Below, piece by piece: positions 51,101 through 63,490 of a stretch of 64,000 bases of DNA. Under the pieces are notes generated by a model. That model worked only from the letters and a program-made list of their open reading frames with translations, was not told the origin of the DNA and did not search any database. The stretch lies in contig CM120643.1 in assembly GCA_051362555.1 (NCBI GenBank), positions 15,598,644 to 15,662,643 of the forward strand, read 5' to 3'. Both the position numbers and the translations under genes were made by a program. Source of the DNA: Lingula anatina. Its lineage: Eukaryota > Animalia > Brachiopoda. How positions within the stretch are numbered: the first letter of the stretch is position 1; each line of letters starts with the position of its first letter.

Positions 51101-54100
51101 GTTGCAGCAGACTGCTCTGCCTACTGGGAGAGATCAACCCTCTTATGACAAGAAGTTGCTTAATGCAAGAGGGTTGTTGTGGACAGATGGTTTTTCAAAC
51201 ATTTAATAAAACATGATTCTCGAGACAGCATGCGGCTTTCATTTTGGGCCCTATCTGCAACAATTTGAATTGTGTTATTTCACTTCAGTAGCATACAGAC
51301 AAAAAAAAGTTGGCAGTAGTCACAATTATAGAATTTCAACAATGATTTTAAAAAATATGAGCACATAAAATTTGTGATATTTCAGATGTATCATAGGCAG
51401 AATCATTCATTGTCTTCATGTCATAGGTTGATCATTGATGGTTTAATTGTGGATCTTTTTCTACATGTCATTGATGGTGCCACTGCACAGAAACCATGGC
51501 AAACCATTGACATCAACAGTTACAGTGGTCAGGCAATACTGTCACTGGTCATTGTTACTGGTATTGCTTCGCTACAACCAATACAAGATATGTTTTTCAA
51601 AATGTTTGTGCCAGATGAATCTGGTGAAAAGGTACAGGTATGATAGGGAATTCAGAGGTGTATAATTTAAAGTAAATTTAATAAATTTAAACCTATTACG
51701 TACAGTGTAGGAAGGTGCAGGAAGTGTGATGTTGAGAGGGCACCGCATTTACCAGACTTGAACCCCTCCCCCAGATTTTTTTATCTGTGGGGTATCTAAA
51801 GGATAAAATGTACCTGAACCCAATTGATGAACCTAACGCAACAGTTGCAGCGAAAATTGGGGAAATCATCAAAGAAAGTTTGACAATTTTGTGTGACATA
51901 TGAAAGTATGCCTCCAATGTTGCAGAAACCATTTGGAGCATTTATTTACAAAGCAAGTAATTTTTATGCAAAGTGACCAAGATAACTGAAATTTTGGGGA
52001 ATGATTATGTACATATTGAAGTTTAAGCCCAGCAAATTTCTTAAAATTTGATGGACCTTTGTACGATTTAATAAAATTGGTCAAAATTGGAGGATGGATC
52101 AACAAAGATAATTGGATGGCTGTCAGTAAATATGTCTTATCTGCTCCTGTTCAGTAATTATCTCTTGAACTTTATCAGTATATGTGAGTGTTCCACTTGA
52201 TTTGTGGACAGTTATTGTTTTATCATTTGATTTTTTTCATATATGTATATATAGTAATGGACAGTCGCCTCTATTTGTATGCATATTGCACTTCATGGTG
52301 CAGTTTACTTCATTCTTTACCAAATTGTTTTTGTCACAGACCAAATAACATAAAGATGTGACAAAATTGCAATATATGTGTACTTATGTTTGATCAACAG
52401 TGTTAATAATGCTGACATTATATATATTAAACCTCCAATACCCTTTAAGTTTGTTGTGTTTTCTGTCATTGCCACAGGGACATGTCTTTGTCACAGGTAG
52501 ATATAAATGTCACCCCTATGTCTCTTAATATATATCAACATTATATTCAGTATTGATGTGAGATACTTAGTTGTATAAGTTTAGCAATAACCATTCCATA
52601 ATATTCCATCTACATTGGAACCTACTTGTTTGTTAAACTTGTTAGGTAATTGATATAGACACATTCACGCACACAAACTCGCACACATTGTCATAATATC
52701 AAAATACATAAAACCTTTTGCAAATTTACAATGATTATCCAATCATCTTGTCCCTAAATATTTTTGTCTGTCACCACTTTGTGAGCGAGTTGACAAGTGT
52801 ATGACACGGAAGTGTCACCCATCTAGGAACTTTACCGTGGGTGGCCCCCCTCATTAGCGCCCCGCTCGGCTTGGGGGCCAGTGGCAGTCTGTGTGGCGTG
52901 CTCTCATTCATCACATTTTACCTACTAGTTATGGCAGGTTGGGTCACCCCTGGGGGTAAAGTTGTGAACCCCAGCAGCATTACTCATGATTATAGTACCA
53001 GCTTGCTCTATGACTCGCGACTCATCATGTTTTTTTTTCTCTCCATTTTAACAAGCTTGAATTGGGGTTATGATGATTGCCTGGCTGTGTAGGCTAATGA
53101 CAGCAACATGTGGGAGGGCTCTCGTTGAGCAACACGGGAGGCCTTGCAGAACACGAGCAGGAGGTGAACTCGTGATACACACGTCAGTGACGTCTGTCAT
53201 ACCAGGTCAACAACCTAACACTTTGTCATAAATATCTCATTGAATTATAATCCATTATTATAATTTCTTAATTTATCACCCTCACCCATAATAACATATA
53301 GAGTTATAAAAGAACAGAAAATATTGCTGAGACTGCAGTGACCTCGGATTGACCAAAATAAAACCATTTTCCTATAAACATGTGGGAGTTCTCTGAGGGC
53401 ACTTCACGAAACTGGCCATGCAGAATGGGATTACTCAGATTTATATGAAAACCACCTTTGAATTGCATGTATATTATATTGGCACACATGTGTGCATACA
53501 TGATGTTAATATGTTTGAGAACAGACCTCACACAGTCCGAGATGTAGAGTAATGGAAAGAGCAGCATCAGGGCCAGCTGGTCAGATAGTTAGACATACAT
53601 GAGGAAAAATAAATCTTTTCTGGAAGTTTGGAATATTTTGGTTCTCAGACTCTGTTCAGTGTTAGACTAGAGTAGAGTTTGGCTTTAAAATAATTTAGAA
53701 TTCTTTTTTTTTTTTTTTTTTTTTGGGGGGGGGGGGGGGTTGAGGGGGGATTCTAGTAGGAATTGATACCATACTTTTATATTGTGAAATGTACTTTTGT
53801 AAAGGAAGTTAATGGTACTGGGTCACAAGTGATTGCTTGAAAATACTTTATACTCAGCACAAAATGATCAGATTTATAACTTAAGAGTGAATTGATTTGA
53901 AACCAGTTTAGAATCAGCCAGTTTTTATTAGCTACTGTGTTTTAGTGTGCTTTTGTTTAATGATGCATTTGAATTCTAATTTTTGCCTTAAAAGTCCATC
54001 AAATGGCACCATGAAGTTTTAAATAGTATAACTTTAAGAAAAACCAAAGGAGAACAATTATTATTTGATTGTATATTTTCAGGGGTAGATAAGTAGGTAA

Positions 54101-56049
54101 ATTTATGATCAAAATTTTAAATAAGGCTCTTTTATGGCTGATTGAGTGATTAAGTCAGTTTATCCCTTGGCATGTCTACTTTATTTAAAAAAACTAGTAG
54201 AAGTGGTGTCTATGTATTACTGGAAATCCCCACACTGTTCAAATGTATTTTTAAATGTTGACAACATTTGTGTTATTTCCTACATGTATGACAATAAGAT
54301 ACAAAAAAAGCAAGCTTTATTTTTCTTGCAAATTACCCGCAATTGTTTTAAATATATAATTTAATTACAGGTGTTGCCATATTGTACACTGTTTTCTATC
54401 TTCAACATGAATGTACTCCTACACTGTCCTCTGGTTGGCTTTCAATATTTAAAAAGTGGGCAGGTAAAATACCACCTGTTGCTTACTGAGTGTTTTAATA
54501 ATTGATAAGATACAGACACAGACACAGAAGCAATACTTTTGTTTTGTTCTTAAAAGACAGAAAAATTGCATAAACAAGGATTCCCTTTATTTTATATTTA
54601 CAAGGTTAATGCAGGATGTACTTTGAATGAATCACTGATGGTTAATTTATGCAAGTTTGGTGGCTTTAATGAACATCTGATAAAAGATGAGAACATATTT
54701 TGGAATTTGTGAAAAATATTATTAGATGTTGCAGGAAATTTTGAAGAGATATAAAATTCAGGGGCAGGATATTCAAGCATTAGACAAAAAACTAATCTTG
54801 AATACAGGTAATACAGGCAGATTTCCCTATTTTCTTTTCCTCCCAGGGGTCATTGTTAAGAAACAATTTGGTTTAGCTTTTTATTAGCATTTTACTCAAA
54901 TATCATTTTTGTCTTGGTTTGATTTTCATCCACAGGAACAATGTATCAATTAATATTATAGTAAGAATGGTAAAAATTACTCTGTGTACTTGGTTTTATT
55001 TCTTCTCATTTGAAATAAATATGGAAGGCAGCAGTTGGCCATTCTAGAAAAGAAGAAAACAAAACACAATAATAATAAATAATAAAAACAATCATGAAAA
55101 TAAAAAATTAAAAACTGTTTATAGTTTCTAAATATTAATGTTAATACATTTATTGGACCCTTAATGACATTCAATAATTTACTTGGCATGGAGGAGTTTG
55201 TATTGAACATGAGCTTAATTTTACTGGAAAATACCAGAGGATGAATAAAATATCACCTCGCTTAAGTAACAACTGTATTTGTGTTTGTATACACCAAGAG
55301 ACAGTGTGTACAAATGTCAGTTATCATCCACATAAACTAGATGACCGCTATATCTGTTGTTAAGCAGCTGCTGGACATTACAGGAAGCAAGCACGGTCAA
55401 CAGTTGAAGTGGCCAGTTTTGTTTGCCGCTCTCTTTAAAGCTGTAATAAATTCAGATGTGTCAATATTTAAAGAGTTTAATTTATTTGCATGTTCTATAA
55501 AACAGTGATTTGGTCATCTCTTTCTTTGTTTAACACTTCAGTGAAACACCTTGTGATGGAGGTATTATTTGGCTGTTATTGAATAAAATTGTGTCATAAT
55601 GATAGGGGATGCTTATGAATGAGATTAGGGCTTTCATTAATTTATGGCGTTGCAGAGCTAATGGATGATTTGAACTTTATGTGTATCATTGGTCTTGAAC
55701 AGGTGAAATATATCTTTTACATATACAGGGTGCTTTGGGAAATTAAATAGCTTAAAGATTCACTTTTTTCTTTTTTTTTTTTTTTTGTTTAGAACTCAGC
55801 TGCAAGTGTGCAAAATAAAACAAATGTTTAATGACATTTTTTTTTTTGTTTTTGGTTATTTATTTTCAGAAAATTTATAACATTATGGGTGTTTGTACAA
55901 TGTTAATCTAACTGGTAGCAAAGTGTTAAAGACAACTGATTCTATTGACTTTCTCACTCAACACAAATCAAATAACAAAAGTGAATGGTTATAGATAATG
56001 TAAAAATATATTACTGAATTTGAATATATTTATATATGAAGGAAAAATA

Positions 56050-56198
56050 CACGGGCGGATTCAGAGATATTTTCTGACAGTCTTCCAAATTACCTTTTTT
56101 GATCCAGTCTTCATTTTTGACTGTCTTCCAACAGAAAAAATTATATACCTGTCAATGTAAACTTGAAAATCTGACCGTCTTCCGGAAGACCGCCCCTG
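56050..56198 (+). mobile_element. Short non-autonomous DNA element (copy 2, uninterrupted)
   Basis: Short TIRs CACGGGCGG...CCGCCCCTG with AAATA on both flanks; body homologous to 25419-25804. Superfamily uncertain: the TIR looks hAT-like but no 8-bp TSD is seen. Confidence 0.72.
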
Positions 56199-59100
56199 AA
56201 ATAGGTATGCTAACACAAGTTTAAGAGCCAAAGTATTCTATTTTGAATGATTTGCTAATGACTTAGATTGTACGACTGTACCCCTACTTTTTTCATACCT
56301 CTGTAACTAAATTTTGAAGGGGAGTTTTCCCTTTCCCCCAAATCCACCCCCTCCCCCCTCCCAGATATCATGGAGAAACTCCATCCAAGTCAGTTAGATT
56401 GTGTTAAGGTTACCATGTGTTTCTGGATAATTTCTATGATTATAACTTGTCGACTAAGAATAGAGATGTCTTTGAGATTTTAATGTCCATTTTAACATTG
56501 AAATAAATGATCTTTGTTGAGCAGTTTGCACCACTTGTTAAAGGTCAATATTTTATGAATCTTGGTTGATTAGTAGGTAAATCAAATGCTTGATACCTAC
56601 CTTGTAAATTGCTTTCATAATTCTTGTCGCAGAAAGTTAATTCTTGGTCAGTGAAGCTGCAGTTGGGGAGACAAGGTTTGGATCTGTGTGAAACGCTGTC
56701 ACATAAAGGGAGCAAAAAAAAAAAAAGAGAGAGAGAGAATGAAGCAAATTGTCATAGAAATGTAAAATAAAAAGCAGAACCTGTACATATATGGTTTAGA
56801 TGTAAACTTTTGTAAAATGGCAAGTTAGTGCAAAACAAGCAGTCATGTTTTGGAAGGAAGATGTAATGATTGTTCATGAAGTTGGCTACTGTAAACATTG
56901 CAATTTTTAATGTTTAATGGAATGTGACCATTTATGTTAAATGGGCCAGTGGGAATGACACTTTTTTTAATTTCTAAGTGTCTGTATATTTGCCAGGTTC
57001 TCTGTCCACTTGCGTTGGGACATTGCCACTGGCCAGAAAAGTTCATTTAAAGAAAATTTTACTGGAAGTTTGACTGAAGTGAAAATTTCAAAGCAATAGT
57101 TCTTGTTTCAGTTGATTTATATTTTATTTTCTTTGAAAAGAAGCATATCTTGTAGTCAATAACTGCTGTTGGTCACAGGTAAATTAAGCATACCGGTAGT
57201 TATTGAATGCCCCATTCAGTTTCCAAGTGGTCAAAAACACAGTAACCATTAATATTTCCTGCTTACTAATGGTGAGCAGACACAATTCCCTTGTGAATGG
57301 CCCACCCCTATCACTATCTTTTCTAGATTCTGAATTATGGCTGTTATGCAATTTTGAATTTCCTGGCCAGAAAAGTGTGACATTCCCCTCTGGCTTAATT
57401 CTCCTGGTCACTAGCACAGCTCAGCCAGGTAGTAAATAGACAGGTGAGTAACTGACCACTTGACCGGCAATTAGATAGGTCATCAGTAGCCAAATGGCAG
57501 CCATTTATGTTCTAACAAGGTCTCTGTCTGCTTCGGTCTGATGACCAAAGGTCCTTAATGTCCAGTTACATCTTGATAACTGTCCCCAAACATTGTGGTC
57601 AGTTGAAAAATGACCACAGCACCTTTGCATGGTCACTTGATGGATGTGAGTGTCTAAAATTGTGTGAAATGGGTTCTGATGTATACAGAGATAGCCTTTG
57701 TGCATGGGCCGTTACATGTTGGACATGTTGCTGATCTTTTCGAGATTATCGCTTGTACATGATCAGTTCCTCCTAGTAGACAAGGATAAATAAAGTAAAG
57801 TGGTACAGTGGAGACAAGGGTCTGTGCATGCATCATTGTGCCTGTTCAGGACCAATTCACACAAAACTCGGCTTCAGATCGTCCCATTCTGGTTTTGGAT
57901 TGGTCTTTATTGTTACCAGCAGGCATGGATGGTGGCATTGCATTAATCTCTCCTGGGCCCATTGTTTGCAGTTAATGTTGAGGATAGACACTAGTTACCA
58001 GCAGTTAGAGTTGATTGCCTGACCTTGCTTTGAACTCTGTGTGATGGTTTACAGTCAACATCCTCTAAGAGGTGTGAATGCCTCAGGCCGGGTCTGACTT
58101 GGTACCTTGTGTGAACGTGCCAACTGAGTCGCCAAAGAGTCCTCCGTTTGTTGTGTATCTGCGTGTGTACGGGAGTAATTTTTGTGTTTGTCCCATGTAG
58201 TTCCCACTCCAGGTATAGATCAGAGATGACACTAACTGCAGTGGAAACCTGTGTTGTTTTGTAGCAGAGGATGTACACGCATTTTTGGGTTCTCATGGTT
58301 GATTGAGAAGATATCTGAAAAGTTTGAGTCATGTGTGTGTGTGTGGGGGGGGGGATGGGCGTTGGAAGAGAAGAAAGGAAGAAGAGGGATACAAGTCTGC
58401 TGCTGTGCATAGCACAACATGTACATGATGAATAGGCAAATTTGACTCTCTAGGATGTTTGAACAGAGTGAGGAGATAGATGGAGAGATAGATGTAGCCC
58501 TATTGTTACATAGCAGATGTATAGCATGTCAGACTGCCCTGGATGATTGAGCAAAATTAATATACATAGAGACCTTGAATCAAAGGGAGAGAGAGGGGAG
58601 TTGGGTGAAAATAGGTAACCTGCCTGGGTGACATGTAGAAGATTTGCAGACATACTTGGCTGTTCTGGGTGCTTGGGGAGACATAAGTAGGGGAAGATAG
58701 ATATTGGACGTAACCTGTTTGGTATGATATGCAGGAGATACCAAGACATAGCATGTTGTCTTGGTTGATTAAGCAGATACAAAAGTGAAGGGGAAGGATT
58801 TAGGAGGCTGACAACATGAAAATGTTTTATTTTATGCATTGGCTAGATGCACGGACAGTGCATAGAGAGAAATTAGTAAGATCACCCCAGGGGGTCGCCT
58901 GGAGAGGAGGGGGGGGGGCAGAGACCATATCAGTTACAGTACGGACATCCTGGTACCTTATGGCCATAACTGAATATTTCCTCAAAATAAAAATGATAGC
59001 TTCATACATGGTGTTTGAAAGTACACTTGTACCATGTATCAGCACATTTCAGAATACCTTTGTTTCCTTCAGATAAATGGTTTAAACAGACAGCATTTAG

Positions 59101-59775
59101 TTTCTAGAAATTTCATCTATTATTGATGTTCACTGTATGTCATCTAATATTACCCCATAGAAGTTTTAATGACTGTGGGTAACTTGTACTTTAAAAGTCG
59201 AGTCTTTACCCTCATCCCCATGAATGCCGCTCTGGCTCACCATAATGTCTGAAAAGTAGTATGAAGCTCTATTGATGAGCATTTTGAAACATTTCCATAT
59301 CTATGAGTTCTTTAAATATATATAACTGATCCCCTACTTGTAAGCTAAACATTAATTATACCCCCAGAATTTCTCTGTAAACATGCACAACATGCTTATG
59401 AATGGGGATGATGTTCAAGAAAATCATTACTCATCTGGAATGACTAGTTATAAAAGTTGTCATGCTTTTAGCCCAACTCTTGGCTCTGATGGCTATGTTA
59501 TAGGGGTGACTGCATGGCTGGATAGTCTTACCCCCCCTCCCCCCCCTCCCCACCACTGCTCTTTGTTATGGCCTCATTTGTGCAGGTGTTTGTAAAAAAA
59601 AAAAACTTTCATTTTATTTTGTGTTTTTTAAAAAGTATGTGGTATTAGCATCTTACTTTACTTCAGGTGAATTCCAGGTGAAAAAAGGAATAAAAGAACA
59701 TTTTTAGTTTTTTTTCCCTTGTTTATCCTTATTAATTATGATGGTGGCCTGTTCATTACTAATACACATGTTTAT

Positions 59776-59806
<31 letters not shown>

Positions 59807-62154
59807 GATGTTACAGTACTGGTACAGGTTGGCAACTTTTTTAAACAATATTTTTTCCCTTTCATTTCTTCAAAGTACCATTCCCCCTTTTCTGTGGGAA
59901 AACCCAAAGCCATTTGGTCAATTTGCTAAAATGTTACTACTCCCAATTGACTTCACAAAGGAGCTAACAACAGAGGACAATTGTTCAAATAGGAAAATGA
60001 TAATGTTCAGTCCAACAAAGGCGATGAGAACAATGTGGACTATGGGTGAGTCTGACTGAAGACCTTAAAGTGAAAACATGAAAACCATCACATCATATTA
60101 GAGAAATGAAGTCACAATTTCCCTGAGACACTTTGACGATAGAGTCCTGTGCACTTTGTAAGAACTTGTCTCTTTTTTATTCTTCCTTTGAGTCGGCATG
60201 GCCCTGGCTTCCACCAAACATGAAACAAGTCGTCATGTGTCGAGAGGATGTAAAAGCTGAGAGATAACCAAGATAAATGGACCAAACATGTGATTAGCTT
60301 AACAAACATCAATGGGACCAGGACAGGGATATTACATAAAACTACAAGCAGCCATTTCCACTTTACAAGTGGAGAAGAGCTGCTGTATACATAAAGGTTA
60401 CTCCTTTGATGTTTTATTAAGTAGTCGAATACCTGGCTGGATTTGTTTGTTGTTGCTGTCATTTTAGAGGTCGTCCAGCTATTAGTGCTAATGACATACT
60501 TTGGGGGATTGCCACCAGAGGACAGGGCTGTAGCACGCCTGTGCTGGGCTCCCTGCTAGCATTTAGAGTAATGGTGAGGTTTTGACTGAAGTGAAAGTTA
60601 CCAGTGTGTAGAATCGAACATTTTTTTTTTTACATTATTTACCTGTGAAAGAGATTGTAAAATGTTTTTTTGGGGGCCATGCATCTAATCTTAAATTGTG
60701 TCTGTTGTACATGCATTGTCATCCAGAAGAGTTTGAATTTCTTTCAAATCGAGCTGATTTAATTCACTGTGACAAGAGTTAATCTTGGCTGTGAAGTTGT
60801 TGGTAAAAAATAATCTATGGATGCAAATTTTCCTAGCATTGTTAATACTTTCCTTAAAATCTAGACTGCATCTTACAACTTTTGTACATTTTAAGGACTT
60901 AGTCAACTAATTTTGATTTAGGTGGCTGAAATGAAATTTTTCTCGGTATTTAAATATCTGAATGCATCAACTAATTCGAATTTTTTTATTCCTCCATCTG
61001 CCATTCTGTCAGTCTATCTCTTTATCTGTCTATAACTAGGATAAAAAAATACCCTCCATAGCGGTTAATTAGTTTACTTACTACCTGAAACAAACTAACA
61101 ACTTGATTGTGTGCTGATATTTGTATCAACAGATTTCTGCATCACTCAGACAATTACATTGTCTGTGTTTGTCTGTGAATACAATTAGCAAATTGATTTT
61201 GCTGATGTTGCACTTGTAGGCTTTTCATCTTCTGTGTTTGAAACCTAAGAAATTTAATCACGTAGAATGCTCTGAGACCCGATGTTATCTCTGTGTATGG
61301 ACTTCATTTGCCAAGTATACAGAAAAATGTGGACATCATTGTATTCTTATACTGGCACAAACCACTGCAAATTAATAAAGAGTTTTCACTACATTTCAAA
61401 TTAGCTTTAATTTATTTATTGGTGTATGAACATGTTAATCCGCTTCTCCCCACCTGGACATTTCCTTCATATTTAATCCCACAGACTGTGTAATTTTCAA
61501 ATGTGACAAAATAACATAACTAAGTAGTATTCTATTAAAAATTTTGCATACTAACCATTTTCTACTCATTTCAGTTCGTTTCATAATAAAATGGAATCAA
61601 CTAACCAAATGGTATTTCTATTTCAGGTCCTGGGGTTTCATACGGTGACAAGCTCATTGCTGCTGAAAACATGGAGACATACTATGTGATATGATATACT
61701 GCAATAATTTGATATTTTGAGGTAATTCCAATACATAGTGATATATGGTACTCATACTTATGTAGTGAGTTATTGAAATGCTGTATACTTCCATACCTTC
61801 AGATAATCTAAGTATCCAGATTTATAACATTATCAGAATCAATATGTAGTAGGAGTAGTGTCTATAAACATTGCTTGTAATAATAATAAAAATAATAATA
61901 ATAATATATTTATGTATGTATATATATATATATATCTGAACATTGCAATTTTCTGTATTAATAACTTGTTATTATCTTTGTCTCAAATTTTGAGATAATC
62001 CATGTATCTATATCTTGTGATACACGTAATATAGAACCATATTGAAACTTGTATTATATATCTGTACCTGGTGATAACCTCACTATACATACTTCATAAT
62101 AACATCTTTATATTCACACGTCATTGTAATTTCTGTCTCTACCAAGCAATGACA

Positions 62155-62520
62155 GCTATATCTGTGCCTTAAAATGATATCACTATATCCGTACTTTGTA
62201 ATCAGATCCTTTTATCCATACTTCGTAATGATATCCCTATGTTCATACTGTGTAATGATATCCCTATATCTATACAATATGATGATATCCTGATATCCAT
62301 ACTTTTTAATGATATCTCTATATCCATTCTTTACTATGATACCCCTATATCCATCCTTTGTTAAGATATCCCAATATTCATATCTCATAATGATAATACC
62401 TATATCCATTCCTTGTGATGATATGCCTATATCCATACGTATTGAAGATATCCCTATATTCATACCTTATAATGCTATCCCTTTATCCATAATTTGTAAT
62501 GCCATCCCTATATCCATGGC
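62155..62520 (+). repeat. 27-bp minisatellite (consensus ~ATATCCATACTTTGTAATGATATCCCT), about 13 units, decaying outward to ~62.0 and ~62.8 kb
   Basis: TATCCATA...ATGATATCCCTA recurs with a 27-nt period; it explains the 9-aa periodic ORFs 62212..62463 and 62309..62545. Confidence 0.9.
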
Positions 62521-63425
62521 CAGTGAAGATATTCATGCCATGTAAATACATTTGTACTTTATAATAATTTCTATTCCTGTGCTTTGATAATTTTGGCAAA
62601 GATCACTTTATCCATATCTAAGATAACCTCTATATCCATGCCTTCAGATATCCACATGCCCTTGCAGTCACAAAAGGTGGAGAACTGTGTTCATATCTCA
62701 AAAACAATTCTTTCTCCTTGGTTTTATGAAAATGTCATACCTTGAGATAATCTCTTAAACCATGCCTCAGAATAATGATTTTAATTTTTTATACCTTAAA
62801 ATAATTTCTTTTCCCGTACATCGGAGTAGTATATGTTTCCATATTTAACTCTATACCTTAGGATGTAGTACAGCAATCTGAATAATGTATATGCAGGATG
62901 CAGGTAAGTGTTAACCAGTATTGCAAGTTGAACTTTGCAAGTGATTTTATGTTGTTGTATGCTCGATATTAAGTCAAAAGTTAGAATTAGTATTTAAATG
63001 GCAAATGTTTGTTTGCAAAGGGATTGCATGTTTTTGTTTTGTTCTTTTTTTTATAAAGCATAGTTTCTTGTAAGGATACATTTGATAAATTGTTCAATGG
63101 TGATGAACATGTATTTTTACATTTTCATTGTTGTAGCCATTTTAGTTATTTAATGTTATTAATTTTAATTCTCATTTTTTACCATTAATATTTAGTCTCT
63201 AAAGACTCTGTATTGAGCTGTCATGTATTTCATCAAGTTTTTACGTTAAGTATATTATTTTTTGTGACTGTGTAATATAACTTTTTATATCTTGGATGAT
63301 GGATTTTAAATATTCACATGAAGTTGAACCTTTTTTTATTTTGTTGTGGAATTTATGTTATATGGCAGCATTGAGTGCTGAATGTTTTCAATTAGATGCT
63401 ATCGTTGGTTGAATTGTTATTTTAT

Positions 63426-63490
63426 AATAAATAAACATTTTAATTAATGAAATCAATATTTTAAAAGAATTTGAAGTTTGTGTTTATGTA
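63426..63490 (+). terminator. Candidate polyadenylation signal with downstream GT-rich element
   Basis: Overlapping AATAAA at 63426 and 63430 after ~500 nt of very T-rich sequence, followed by GTTTGTGTTTATGT at ~63476. CpGs reappear immediately afterwards. Confidence 0.45.

Noticed and set aside
57500-58840. Cluster of 60-140 aa ORFs suggesting a retroelement or gene
   Set aside because: No RT, endonuclease or other recognisable motif; the ORFs overlap on both strands and include simple-repeat translations.
62212-62545. ORFs with 9-aa periodicity; also considered as a CRISPR-like array
   Set aside because: A 27-bp head-to-tail minisatellite with no unique spacers, no cas genes and a eukaryotic context.
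19400-63200. Frequent ACATGT as Irx autoregulatory sites
   Set aside because: CATG/TG-rich words are the expected products of CpG deamination in this domain, so enrichment is uninformative.
17650-63470. Sowah (ankyrin-repeat bystander gene) exons or a second Irx homeobox
   Set aside because: No ankyrin-like or homeobox peptide was seen in the ORF track or in the segments I translated. Short exons could have been missed; tblastn would decide.
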